The notes beneath the pieces were generated by a model. That model was not told the DNA's origin. It saw only the letters and a list, made by a program, of their open reading frames with translations, and ran no database searches. Source: the human T2T-CHM13v2.0 reference genome, Homo sapiens. From it: DNA of 64,000 bases. Made by a program: the position numbers and the translations under genes. Every line of letters starts with the position of its first letter. The stretch's first letter is position 1. Below are positions 13,366-26,764 of this stretch, piece by piece. The stretch lies in NCBI RefSeq assembly GCF_009914755.1, contig NC_060933.1, one strand, 5' to 3'.

Positions 13366-14689
13366 CAGGGCAAAGGAATGGGTAAAACCAGACCCTTCCC
13401 AATCCACATGGCCCACAGGGATTTGATGCCTTGTGCAAGTTTCCTAAGCCCATAGGATGCCTGGAAGGCCGTGTGCCTCTTGCTACGGATGCCCTATCTC
13501 TGATCCACCCAGCCCTCCTCCGCCTGCACTTCGTACCCTGAGCAGGGCGTGGGCTCTTCCAGAAGCCCACGTCTGACTTCTTTTTCCTGTTCCCCTGGTC
13601 TCCCAGCTGGACCCCTGTCTCTGCCCACTTGGGGGCACTGAGCTGGGACTCACTCAGGCCGCCGGCCACCCTGGGCTTGGCAGAAGGGGCGTCTGTTGTC
13701 CTCAGTGTGTGCCCTCTCCTCGCTGTCCCCTACTGTCCCTGACCCCCGGCCCCCGCGATCACGCCCCCCATTGAAGCTGAGCCCCACAGTCAGGCGGGCC
13801 CTGCTGCTTCACTTCTGACTCCTCATTGTCGATAATACCCTATTAAAAGTTGAAAATACATTTTCCTCCTGCCGATCTCTTTCCTTTTCATTTAGCAAAC
13901 ATTGATTTTTTTCCCCCTCCTGCAGATGGAATAGAAATGAAATCACCCACGTCTCTTTGGGGTGATTTAGTTGTCAGAGCCGGAGGCAGTGGGCAGATGA
14001 GGGCTGCTCTTGTCACCTCATCCACGGGTCGCTTTGTGACCTCCGATGGTCGTTTGGCCTCTCTTCTCTGCCGTGTCTCCCCACCCCCAGCTAGAAAAGG
14101 AGACCCTGGTGCCCCTGGCTGGGAGAGCAGGAGGCCCCGTTCACCAGCCAGAGGAGCCTCCTGGAGAGGTTCGGATAAAAGCCTCTGTTAGAAAGCCCAG
14201 CTCAAGGTTGTGTCAACACCAAATACCATGAAGTGGCAATTATCCAATTAGCTTGATTAGCGTAGAAAGCACCACCAGCCGCTGCTCTGCACAGCCCATC
14301 CTGTCGTCTCCCGAGCTCAGACAGCTGTGCAGTGTAGGACCTGAGTACTGGACTCCAGAGGCTGGGCCTCCAGGCACACCCGGGCTCTCCCTCTCTGGGC
14401 CCTGATTTCTCCATTTCTTGTTTGGGGATAATAAAGCCTTCCTCACAGTCTGTGGTGAGGATTCGTGAGCTGGCCTCAGCGCAGCCTCTGGGAGACAAGG
14501 GGAGCAAGTGCTTTAATGGTAACCACTTGGCCAGTGGTGTGGTATAGGCCAATTTATACTCAGGGCCCAATGCTTCTCTCAGGGTCAGCGTGGGCAAGCC
14601 ACATTGTGACCCGGTTTCTTCATTGGTTCCAGAGGGATTCTAACAGCACTGGCCTTAGAGATGCATAGGCACAGGGTTGGTGCCCCACA

Positions 14690-15601
14690 GTGAGGGTGAT
14701 TGCCATGAGGGTGATGATGATGGTGATGATGACCATGGTGGCGATGATGGTGGTGATGATGGTGCTGGTAAGGAAGATGGTGGTAATGATGTTGATGGTG
14801 GTGATCACCATGTTGGTGGTGATGATGATGTTGATGGTGATGATAGTGGTGATGATGTTGATGGTAGTGATGATGGTGATGATGGTGGTAATGATGTTGA
14901 TGGTGGTGGTGATGATGGTGGTAATGATGTTTATGGTGGTGATGATGGTGGTAATGATGTTGATGGTGGTGATGGTGATGGTGGTGGTAATGATGTTGAT
15001 GGTGGTGGTGATGATGGTGGTGGTAATGATGTTGATGGTGGTGATGGTGGTGATGGTGATGGTGATGATGATAGATGGTAGTGGTGATGGTGATGGTGGT
15101 AATGATGTTGGTGGTGGTGATGGTGTTGATGGTGGTGGTGATGATTGATGGTAGTGATGATGTTGATGGTGTTGGTGATGCTGTGATGGTGGTGATGATG
15201 TTGATGGTAGTGATGATGGTGGTAATGATGTTGATGCTGGTGGTGGTGATGGTGATGATGTTGATGGTAGTGATGATGGTGATGATGGTGATGATGTTAA
15301 TGGTGGTGGTGATGATGATGGTGATGATGGTGATGATGTTAATGGTGGTGGTGATGATGATGTTAATGGTAGTGGTGATGATGATGTTGATGGTGATGAT
15401 GTTAATGGTGGTGGTGATGATGATGGTGATGATGGTGATGATGTTAATGGTGGTGGTGATGATGATGTTAATGGTAGTGGTGATGATGATGTTGATGGTG
15501 ATGATGTTAATGGTGGTGATGATGATGATGATGTTGATGGTGATGATGATGGTGGTAAGGATGTTGATGGTGGTGATGATGATAATGTTTATGGTTATGA
15601 T
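14690..15601. repeat. (GAT/GGT)n degenerate trinucleotide tract, ~910 bp
   Basis: Directly visible. Nearly C-free on the + strand. Confidence 0.95.
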
Positions 15602-15651
15602 AAAACCCCTTTCTCATGGGTTCACTATACAGCCAGCCAAGGAAATAGACT

Positions 15652-16172
15652 TGTCAGAGAGCCCTTCCAGAGCAATCTCCCACCTATTGAGAGGTGGGAT
15701 CTAATTCCTCTCCCTGTGAATCTGGGCTGCCTCTGCAGCCTGCTTAACCAATAGGATACAGTGGAAATGATGTCACATGGTTTTTAAGCTTGGCCAGAAG
15801 AAGCCTTGCAGCTCCCCCTCTGAGCCTCTGGGACATTCTGGGAGCCCTGAACTGTGACACAGAAGGCTTACTGCGAGAACACCATGCTGGATAGGCCACG
15901 TGCAGGAATTCTGGGTGACAGTCCCAGCTGAGCCCAGCCTTCCAGTCATGCTGCCAAGGAGCCAGACTCGTGCAGACAACCCTGTTAGAGCCTCCAGACC
16001 AGCTGGCTGCCAGCAAATACCACCCAGTGAGCCTCGTTTACACCTCATGAAGCAGAAGCAGCTGGGTGGACCCCATGGGATTCCTGACCTACGCAATTGT
16101 GAAATGTAATGAAATGGCTGCCAGGAGCTACTAAATTTGGGGGCAATGTGTTCCATGACAGTCGGCACCAGA
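15652..16172 (+). mobile_element. MLT1G/H-like MaLR LTR
   Basis: GAGGTGGGATCTAATTCCTCTCC..TGAATCTGGGCTG, ACCAATAGGATACAGTGGAA, CAGCTGAGCCCAGCC and CTAAATTTGGGGG. Confidence 0.7.
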
Positions 16173-17611
16173 ACAGTGGGTCTGATGGTTCTGGCCTCAG
16201 CCACCTCCTGGACAAGTGCCGTGGCCGCCTGGTTGAGCATTACAGGCTTGAGCTCCGACCTGGGCCTTGTCCTGCTATGGGGTCCGCTGGAAACTGCGGT
16301 TGTTTCTTTAAACAAAGAGCCATCCAGACCTCTGACTTCTCAGCATGGGGGAGGCAGGCGTGTTGTGAGGCTGGCACTAGCAGAGCTGTACCAAGCCACA
16401 GAAGAAAGGCCGTGAAGGCCATGTGTGGCCCCAGCACAAAGTGAGCCAAGATCTGCCCTGGGGCCCTGGTGGGGTATGGTCACTCCAGAGCAGGGCAGCC
16501 CCAGAAGATGAGGCAGGCTGGAGGGTGCCACCCAGCAGCCCCAGGGGTCCCCATGCTACCCACAGCTGGGGACTTTCTTTTGCCAGGCCTGCCAATGGGG
16601 AGTCACCACAGGGCCCTGGCTGCCCGGGGCTGCCCTGAGAGGAAAAGGGGCACAGGCAGTGGAGAGGGGTCGGAGTGGGAACAGGGCAGCCTGCCTGCCC
16701 CAGAACTGCCCTGGGGGAGGAGGACTTCCTCTCCCACACATTTCATTTACAGATGAGAATTTGGGGGTTTGGAGCTTTGGGGACTGGACTGAAGTCATAC
16801 TCCTGGGGCCAGAACTTGAACCTAGGTCTGCCTGATCCGCAAGCCCATGCCCCCTGCCTCTTCCCAAGATCACCCCATAAGAAATTGAGGGGTTTATGGT
16901 TACAAGGCAGGGTGCTTTCTGAAGCTCTTTTCCTCCTCAGAGGGCTCAGTTTGGTTATGGCATGGAGCACAGCCCATTGATCTTGAGCTAACTGAATCCC
17001 GCTCCTTTTAGTGATTAACTCCCCCACCCACATCGGGTGAAGTTCAAAGTCTTCTCTGAGCAGACACACCCAGTACAAATAACTAATTGTATTTTAGGTG
17101 TTGGGGTGGCAGGGGGAGCGGTCTTGGAAAGAAAATGCAGCCAAATGCGGGAAGGCTTAGATACGGGGCCAGGGAACCCAGTACAGCCCACTGCTTGCTG
17201 TTTCCTGGGGGACAGGAACATTTTTTAACGACTTACAGGAGCTGCTTGTGGCCCGGATATAGAGCCAGACCTTGAGCGGGTGAGGACCGTGGAGGGTACG
17301 TCGATGCTGGGACCTGGGATCCCAGTGATTTTGATTTTTGACTGCCCCCAGGCCCCCAACTCACATACTCTTAGGTATGGGTGTTCTTGCCTCTCACTCC
17401 AGCTGTACCTAGCACTGACAGCTCGAGCTTCTACCAGAATTCCCTCCAGGGTTCTGGTTCTGAGCCCTGGACCACACAGCCTGTCCCTCCCGGACCATAG
17501 ACTCTCTTCTTAGGCACCCCAAAACTGTCCAAGTCTGTATGGTTGCCCTGCTCCTTTGCTCTGCTAATGCACTCTCTTCCTGCCTTCACCCAGCACCTGC
17601 ACCACGGATGG

Positions 17612-18352
17612 CTGCACCACGGCACCTGCACCACAGGGACACATGCCACAGGAGCAGACACCACAAGAGCAGACACCACAGGAGCAGACACCATGGGAAC
17701 CCACACCATGGGAGCAGATACCGTGGGAACCCACATCATGGGAACAGACACCACGGGAGCCCACACCATGGAACAGACACCACTGGAGCCAATGCCATGG
17801 GAGCAGACACCACTGGAGCCCACACCATGGAACAGACACCATGGGAGCCAATGCCACGGGAGCAGACACCACAGGAGCCCACACCATGGGAGCAGACACC
17901 ACGGGAGCCCACACCATGGAACAGACACCACTGGAACCAATGCCACGGGAGCAGACACCACGGGAGCCCACACCATGGGAGCAGACACCACGGGAGCCCA
18001 CACCATGGAACAGACACCATGGGAGCCAATGCCACGGGAGAAGACACCACGGGAGCCCACACCATGGGAGCAGACACCACAGGAGCCAATGCCACGGGAG
18101 CAGACACCATCGTGGGAACCCACACCATGGGAGCAGACACCATGGGAGCAGAGACCAAGGGAGCAGACACCACCGGAGCAGACACCATGGGAACCCACAC
18201 CATGGGAGCAGACACCACCGGAGCAGACACCATGGGAACCCACACCATGGGAGCAGACACCATGGGAGCAGACACCACGGGAGCAGACACCAAGGGAGCA
18301 GACACCACCGGAGCAGACACAATGGGAGCAGAGACCATGAGCGCCCACACCA
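17612..18352. repeat. 15-bp-unit minisatellite (GGGAGCAGACACCAY plus variants), ~49 units with higher-order structure
   Basis: Directly visible. Variants include GGGAGCCCACACCAT, GGGAGCCAATGCCAC and the 14-bp GGAACAGACACCAY. Confidence 0.95.
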
Positions 18353-19060
18353 GTGGTGTCCAATGTGGCTCCCCACTCCCAATCTTGGGAGCTGCTGCTC
18401 ACTGAGCCATTGATCTCCCTCTATGATACATCAAAGCCGAACAGGTGGGCTCTTATATCCTCCCCATTTTACAGCCAAGGAAGTGAAGAATTGGAGAGGG
18501 GAAGACACACAGCTAACAAGTAGCAAAACCAAAGCTGGAATCTCCAGGGCCCACAGAGCCTCCCATCTTGCTTCCTTTGGTGACATGTTGCAGGAATAGG
18601 GGAGAAAAGCTCCACTCTGAGGGCATCTGCTATGAACACTTACATGCAAGTCTTTCTGAGAACATGTGTCCTAGCAGTGGATGGTTGGGTCATATAGAAG
18701 ATGGGTAGTTAACTTTAAAAAAAATACCATTTTTTCCCCAGGGTGATAATACCATTGTATAGTCTTATGACCAGTGTAGAAGAGTTCCAGTTGCTCTATA
18801 TCCTCCCTACCATGTGGAATAGTCAGCCTTTGATTTTAGCCATTTCAGTGGGTGGGTGGTGATATCCCATGGTGGTTTTAATTTCCATTTCCATAATGAG
18901 TAATAACGTTGAGTGTTTTCTGTGTGCTTATCGGCCGTTCATATATCTTCCTCTGTGAAATGTATGTTCAAATCTCTTGACTGTTTAAAAATTGGTTGGT
19001 CTTCCTACAATTGTGCTTTAAAAGTTCTTTATATATTCTAGATAAAAGTCCTTGGTGTGG

Positions 19061-19427
<367 letters not shown>

Positions 19428-19974
19428 TTATTTTCACTGGTATATTTTGTAGAAAAAAAGTTTTTAATATTGATGAAGTATAATTTACCTTTTAAAAAAG
19501 TGTCATGATTTTTGTATTCTAGCTCACAGTCCTTTATTAGAAATTGCAAAGCTCTCCTTCTATATTTTCCTCTAGAGATTTTATAATTTTAGGTGTACAT
19601 TTAGTTCTATGGTCCACTGCAAGTTAATTTCTGTATTTCATGTAAGGGTGGATATTTAATTTTTATGTGGATATTTAGTTGACACAACACCATTTGTTGA
19701 AAGCTTTGCTTTCAACAAATTTTCTATCAAATTGCCTTGGCACCTGTGTGAATAATTGATTGAATATATGTGGGTCTGTTTTTAGGCTCTAATATATTCT
19801 ATTCCTATTTTATACCTACATATGTATATGTGTGTATGTAGACATATGTGTGTGTGTATATATATAGCCAATAGCAAACTGTCTTGATTAATGTGATTTT
19901 ATAGAAAGTCTTAAAATCAAGCAGGATAAATCCTCCAAACTTTGTTCTCTTAAAAATTTGCTTTGACTATTCTA

Positions 19975-20267
<293 letters not shown>

Positions 20268-20543
20268 CAACTATTCTAGATTATTTGCATTTTCATATAA
20301 ATTTTTGAATTAGACTGTCAATTTCTATGAAAAATCCTGTTGGCGTTTTGATTGGGATTGTATTGAATCAAATTGGGGAAATTGTCATTTTATCTGATAT
20401 TCAGCCCTTTACTCCATGAACATGGTATGTCTATATTTACTTGTGCTTCTTGACTCTTTTCTCAGTACTGTCTTGTTCTTTTCAGTACAGCATTCCTGGA
20501 CAAATTGGTTGGTCTTCCTACAATTGTGCTTTAAAAGTTCTTT

Positions 20544-20787
20544 ATATATTTATATAAATATATAAATTCATATATTCTATGTAAATATGTAAATTTATAT
20601 ATTCTATATAAATATATAAATTTATATATTCATATAAATATATAAATTTATATATTTGATATAAATATATTGATATAAATACATAAATATAAATATCAAT
20701 ATATTTATATTTATATAAATATAAATATCAATATATTTATATTGTATATAATATATAAATTTATATATTAGATATAAATATATAAAT
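20544..20787. repeat. AT-rich palindromic low-complexity repeat
   Basis: TATATAAATATATAAATTTATATA-type units, almost no G or C. Confidence 0.9.
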
Positions 20788-21989
20788 CTTTGTTAGATTC
20801 GCACCTAAGCATTTTACTTTTTTTGTGCTATTTAAGTGGAATTTTTAAGATTTTATTTTCCAATTGTTTACTCCTAACAGATAGAAATAAAATATATTTT
20901 AAAAATATTAACCTTGTGTCTTGTGACCTTGCTAAATTCATTTACTGGTTTTGATTGTTGTTTTGTGCATTCCCTGGGATGTTCTACATAAATCACTAAT
21001 TATATCATCTGCAAATAGAGACAGTTTTACTTCTCTTCCGGGCTCTACGTATTTTATTTCATTTTCTTGGCTTATAGCAATGTCTAGGATCCCTGGTACA
21101 ATGTCGAATAGAAGTGGCAAGAGAACATCCTTGCTCGTTCCCAGTCTCGGGGAAAACAAGTCAGTTTTTTACTGTTAAATATGATGTTTGCTGTCAGGTT
21201 GTTCTGCTTTTATTTTGTAGATTCTTTTTATCAGTTTGAGGAAGTTTCCTACTATGTTTAGTTTTCTAAATGTGTTTAGCATAAGTGGATGTGGAATTTT
21301 GTCCATGGTGTTTCTGAATCTTTTAAAATAATATTTTCCTATAATTTTTCTCCTTTCATCTGTCAATATGGTGAAGTCTATTGACTGTTTTTCGAATGTT
21401 AAATCAACATTGCATCCCACTGGTCATGAGGTATCACCTTTTTAACTTAATATTGGATTTAATTTGTTAACATTTTGATAAAGATCTTATTATACTTTTA
21501 AAATCTATTTTTCTTAAATGTTTAATAAAAGACTCGAATGTTGATAGAATTCACCAGTGAAACCATCTGGGCCTGGAGTTTTCTTCTGGAAAGATTTCTG
21601 ATAACAAATTCAATTTCTTTAATCGCTGTAGGGCTGATCATATCTTCTGTTCCCTTTTGTGTTGATTTTGGTAAGTTGTCTTTTTCAAGAAATAATACAG
21701 TTTCCTCTACGTTGACATATTTTTGGCACAAGTTGTTTTTAGTATTCCCATATATCTTATTGATGTTTATAGGGTCTGTGATAACAATCACTTTCTCATT
21801 CCTGAAAATGATGATTTTCGTACTCTTTCTTTTTTTCCTTGACCATTCTAACTAAGGGTTAATCAATTTTGTTATTTCCAAAGAAACAGTTTTTGCCTTT
21901 CTCAACTTTCTCAAAGGTCTACTTATTGATTTTTTGCTCTTATCTTTATTATTTCCTTCCTTCTACTTACTTCTGACTTAGTTTACTCC

Positions 21990-22298
21990 TTTTGTTTTTG
22001 TTTGTTTGTTTTTTTGAGACAAGGTTTCACTCTGTCACCCAGGCTGGAGTGCAGTGGCATGATGATAGCTTACTGCAACCTTTAACTCCTGAGCTCAAAT
22101 GATCCTCCCACCTCAGCCTCCCAAGTAGCTGGGAGTTGAGGTGCATACTACCATGCCTGGTTAATTTTTAAAAGGTTTTTTAGAGACAGGGTCTCACTAT
22201 GTTACCCAGGCTGGTCTCGAAATCCTGGGCTCAAGTTATTTTCCCTCCTCTGCCTCCCAAAGTGTTAGGATTGTGGGAATGAGCCACTTTACCCAGCC
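21990..22298 (-). mobile_element. AluJ
   Basis: (TTTG)n tail, GATAGCTTACTGCA and CTCAAATGATCCTCCCACC. Confidence 0.9.
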
Positions 22299-23649
22299 TC
22301 TTTTTTTTTTTTTAAGTCATCTTAAGGTGAAACCTCAGGTCACTGATTTTAGATCTTTCTTCTTTTCTAATATAAGCATTTAATGCTATAAAGTTCCCTC
22401 TAAACACTGCTTTAGCTGCATCCCACACATGTTGACATGCAGGGCCATTTTTCAATCGCAATTTTATTCCCTATTTTTGGAGAGGGCAGGCTGGATCCAG
22501 AGGCCACAGATATGATACCATTTCCAGGCACTAGGGCAGAAATAGGCCCGTGATTGGGTGAATTCTTGCAGTGCTGGCCTGCTATGGGAGCGCTGGGTAA
22601 TACCATGGATTCCTGTACAAGCCCCATTTCCCTTGGGCTCCTTCTGCCCCAACATCTCAGACCTCACCAGCCTCCTCTCAGCAGCCCTTCCCAGCCTCAG
22701 AAGCTTCCAACAGCTCCTGACTCCTCTTTGGAGCAGGGATTAGTGCCTGTGGGGAATCTACACTGCCTGCCCCAAGCCTGCTTGCAGCCTGACCCTCTCT
22801 GTCCATTCATTCTCTGCTGCTGTGGCATGACTAGCTAGCCCTGTCTTGTCATACCCATTGTGTCATTGCTCCAGGCCGCTGGTCCAACCCACATGGTGCC
22901 AGAGTCCATTCCTCTCTCTGGACCTCCGTTTCTTCCTGCATGAACTAGCAGTCTTGGTCCTCATGGCTGACATGAGTCCTGTCCTTCTCCTCACTTGGGA
23001 ATCTTTGTCCCCTCCTCCTCTAGGCTGGCACTTGGTAATCACAGTGGTAGCACAACCCACAGTGCTTTGGTCTCCTCCTCACTCTGGTCCTTGCAGAGAC
23101 TTTATTGCCCCATTATACAGATGAGGAAAGGGGGTTTGAAGGTGCTGAGAGCCTTGCCCAGGCTCATGGGCACACGATTCATCTATGGAAGCGTGGAAAG
23201 CGCAGGACAGGTCTCACTGCTGCCAAGAGCTGTGGCTTCCCAGTGGCCGGGAACCTGCCACTGTGACCGGGACAGCTCTTGGTAAGCATCTAGACAGCTG
23301 GCTCGAGGCTAACGTGGAAGTGGTACTGGTGTCTGCTTGTTCTCGCTGGAGCTGCTGGCTGGGCGCAGGGCTGGGCCCTCTGCTGTCAGAAGGAGTGCCT
23401 TCTCCTAAAGAGGCCCTGGCAAAGGCACAGGCCGGGGAGGCCGGCTCAGAGGTCTGGGACACACGCCTTGAAGGAGAACAGTCGACCTCCTTTCTCTGCC
23501 ACACAGATGAAATCTGGGGCATGCCTGGGAGTCTTCCTCCCCTCTTCCCACAGTCAAATTCTAATTTTCTTAAAGCAAAAGTACATGATTTGCCGCAGAT
23601 GTGCGCTGCGCCCTGCTTTTTGGCCCTACAACTCCCCAGGAGGTGCCAC

Positions 23650-23745
23650 TAGTGGTGCCCATTTTACAGGTGAGGAGGCTGAGGCTCAGGGCCGTGACTT
23701 GTCCCAGGACACAGCCAGGAGGTAGTGAAGCCCAGATCTGCCCAC
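23650..23745 (+). mobile_element. MIR fragment
   Basis: CCCATTTTACAGGTGAGGAGGCTGAGGCTCAG..TGACTTGTCCCAGGACACAG core. Similar MIR cores occur at ~6575, 16740, 18460, 23105, 33685, 37135, 43780, 50420 and 52355. Confidence 0.7.
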
Positions 23746-23776
23746 TCCCACTGGCCAAACCACAATTCTCTCATCA

Positions 23777-23885
23777 CATGGGACTCCAACCCGTCTTGGC
23801 ATACCCTGGAGAGTGCTGGGAACTGAGGCCTCCATGGGGCTCCAACCTGTCTTGGCATACCCTGGAGAGTGCTGGTAACTGAGGC
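23777..23885. repeat. 56-bp tandem duplication (2 copies)
   Basis: CATGGG.CTCCAACC.GTCTTGGCATACCCTGGAGAGTGCTGG.AACTGAGGC occurs twice. Confidence 0.9.
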
Positions 23886-26344
23886 ATGGAGGCCTTGCCC
23901 TCTGAGTTCCATTTCAGAGGGGAGAAGCCAAAAGTTAACTGAGGCCGGTGGGGGCCAGTCTCAGTCCCCTTGGAGGTAGCCACAGTGTGGATCTCTCCCC
24001 AGGACACACTGGCAGCTCCAGACAAAGGCCTGAGAACACGCTGGGGGGCAGTCCCAGCGCTGTGGGCACCGCCTGCCAGCACCCAGCAGACCCAGCACAT
24101 CGATGAGAGTGTCCACCTGAAAGGGATATTCAGGCTCGTTCCAAGTCGGCAGCATCCACTGAGGGCTTCGTTCACCCAACATAGCAAGGACATTTGGCAG
24201 GTACACGGGACATCCGACCTGCCTCCTGACGCCGACAGCAGCCTTCACAGAAGGCCCTGCTACTGGATCTGGAGTGGAAGGAAGAAGGGTGCTGCCACGG
24301 TGCTCACTTTGGGCCTCATGGACGCGGATTTAACCCGAAGTGCTTAGCAGGCCTCACTGGTTCTGCACTTCAGCACGGCCCCCAGCAGTGTGGGGAGGGC
24401 TGCCTGGCCCCGAGAGCTGGCTGTCTGGCCAGGCTGTCTGTCCAGCACCTTTGCCTGCTGGACCGAAATCCAGCTGAGCTAGGAGCAAGGCTGACTGTAA
24501 AAGGAAAAGCCATTCAGAGTAGCTCAGGCTGGTCGTCCCGGCCATGGGAGGGGACTTGTGCTAATTCCTCTTCAGACACCAAAGGGGGTAATCGCAGGCG
24601 TGGCAGGGCCGAGAAATCCTGTTAGTCCTTTGCCCCCCAAGGCTCCCATCGAGTGGCTCCCTGACAAAGCAGCTCCAGGGCTTCCTGAGGACAGCAGGCT
24701 GGAGGCAGGCGGTGCGGACCCCCCACAGACACTAATCCTTGCTCCAAAGCAGAGTCGAGGGCTGGGCGGCAGCCTCCCTGGGCTCCAGAGACTGCTGGAA
24801 GCTTCTGAGGCTTGGAAGGGCTGCGAGGCCCAGCACACGGGGTAGCATGGGCAAGCTCCTCCCTTCTTCTGGGGACTCAGAGTCCCCATGTGCAAAATTG
24901 GGGGGAAGAGCGGGGTCGGGGGAAGAGAAGACCTCCAAGGCGGTTAGGGTGGTCTTGGGCATCCGAGTCTTGCCCAGGGCGAGGGCTCTGCATTGCTCTT
25001 GGTCCTCTGGAAGGCAGTCGGGGCAGAGTGAGGCCCTTGGTTCTTCTTGGGGATGCAGGGCACCATGGCCCCAGCAGCTGAACTGGCCTGGAGGGTGCGG
25101 GGGTGGGTGTGTGTAGCAGCTCCCCAGCTCCTCCCCTGAGGAGGTCAGGGCAGCTTTGCCCTCTTGGAGCCAGGCCTGGCGGCTTCCTGGGCCCCAGTGA
25201 CACAGCAGCGCGAAGCAAGTCATCTCCCTCTCAGCAAAACAGAGCCAATAATTGTACCATCTCTGCTGGAGAATGAAGCGCCTCAGGGGCCACACTGGGA
25301 CGCGCCACCCTAGTGCATGTCCCTCTGGGCTCAGAACCCCCTTTCAGCAGCCTCTCAGCCTAGGGATCAAGGTCCTTCCAAACCTGGGCCACCCCAACCT
25401 CGGAGAGGCTCCCCACTGAGCACCCAAAGCACCTGTGACCCCATACCCTGCCGGTGCCCTCCCCCCACCCATGCAGCCCCATGCCCGCCCTTCTCCCCGT
25501 GGACCTGCCACCCCGACACCTGGACAGAAGCCGGCTCTGGTCCCTCATCTCCTTCTCTCCTTGGCCTTGTGGTTCAGGCCCTTGTGTCCTGTCCCCTCCC
25601 TGCTCTGTGAGTGTCTGGTCACTGTGGCAGCCATAGGGTAGCACCTAGAATCTGTGTTGGACACCGGTGCGTCACCTGTTGCTTCCCGGGCAGGGGAAGC
25701 ACCTGGCCTGTGTTCCCCCCCTCTGCCCTCCACCCCTTGCCCACAGGAGGTGCTGCAAAGCCTGCGTGGCGTTGGCGGGGTGCTGGGGTCTGGAGGAGCC
25801 CAGCCAGTCGGTTGTGTTGGCAAGAGACGGGCCTGAACAAGAGCCAAGTGGCTTCTGCGTCAGCTTTTAAAACCACCAAAAGGAGCTCACTTGTCATGCT
25901 GTGGTCCAAATATTTTGGCCATTTAGATGCAACCTTCTGTGCCTCTGAAATTAGGTGTATTATTAATCTCATCCAGCCCAGTGACAGAGTGGGCAGATCA
26001 GACAAGGATCCTTGCAGCGGGATGAAGGGTGAGCATGTTCTTATCGGTGCAAAGCTGACACGGGGTGTTTCCAGAATGACACTGATGGAGTGCAGCCTGC
26101 CTGGGGGAGGGGTGGCTGGGAACCCCCGGTGATGAGGAGGGCATGGGCACAGGGCTTGCTTAGGGAGGAGAAGAGAGGGCTCCAGAGACACGGTTGCTGG
26201 CTTCCAGGGTGTCACATGGGGTGACGTGGCAGGGGGTTTCTGCAGGGGTGCTTCTGAGATAGGGCGATAGGGCCAGCTGGGGTTGGCTGCAGGCTCCAGG
26301 AGTTAGGTTCCAGATGGATTTCAGATGGGACTTTCTTGCTAACC

Positions 26345-26560
26345 CTACTTTTTTTCTGATTATAAAAGTAATAAAGACTCCTTGTAGAGAAGGAGGCAAA
26401 ATACAAAGAAGAGTGTGAAGCCCCCATCACTCCATTAATGTTCACCAGTCGGGGGGTGGGAGGTGTTTTCCTTCAGATTTCTGTGTATACATTTATAACT
26501 GGCATCCTTTTGTGTGCAATGTTAACCGCCTTTTGTTTTCACTAAGCAATGTATTATGTT
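26345..26560 (-). mobile_element. Old L1ME-like 3' end fragment
   Basis: TTTTCTGATTATAAAAGTAATA...TTTTCACTAAGCAAT pattern in an AT-rich patch. Confidence 0.45.
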
Positions 26561-26686
26561 GAGCACCCATTTTGGGGGAGTAGACAGCCTGCACCATGGT
26601 CAGCCCGCAGACAGGCTGCACGGATCCAGGCACCTCGCTGGCTCCAAAACCCACGAAGTGACCCCACCCAGGATGTCAGAGTAAGA

Positions 26687-26764
26687 GCGTGCCTGCTTGG
26701 CTAATGTCTCTCGCGTGCCTGCTTGGCTAATGTCTCTCGCGTGCCCGCTTGGCTAATGTCTCTC
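26687..26764. repeat. 26-bp tandem repeat x3 (GCGTGCCTGCTTGGCTAATGTCTCTC)
   Basis: Directly visible. Confidence 0.93.

Noticed and set aside
14677-15704. Asp/Gly-rich and Met/Val-rich ORFs
   Set aside because: They are translations of the trinucleotide repeat.
17431-18413. Long ORFs in all six frames (keratin-associated or His-rich look-alikes)
   Set aside because: They are translations of a 15-bp minisatellite with no promoter or splice support.
20938-21855. Reverse transcriptase motif (FADD) as a sign of an active or novel RT system
   Set aside because: It is a fragmented, frameshifted ancient L1 ORF2 interrupted by Alus.
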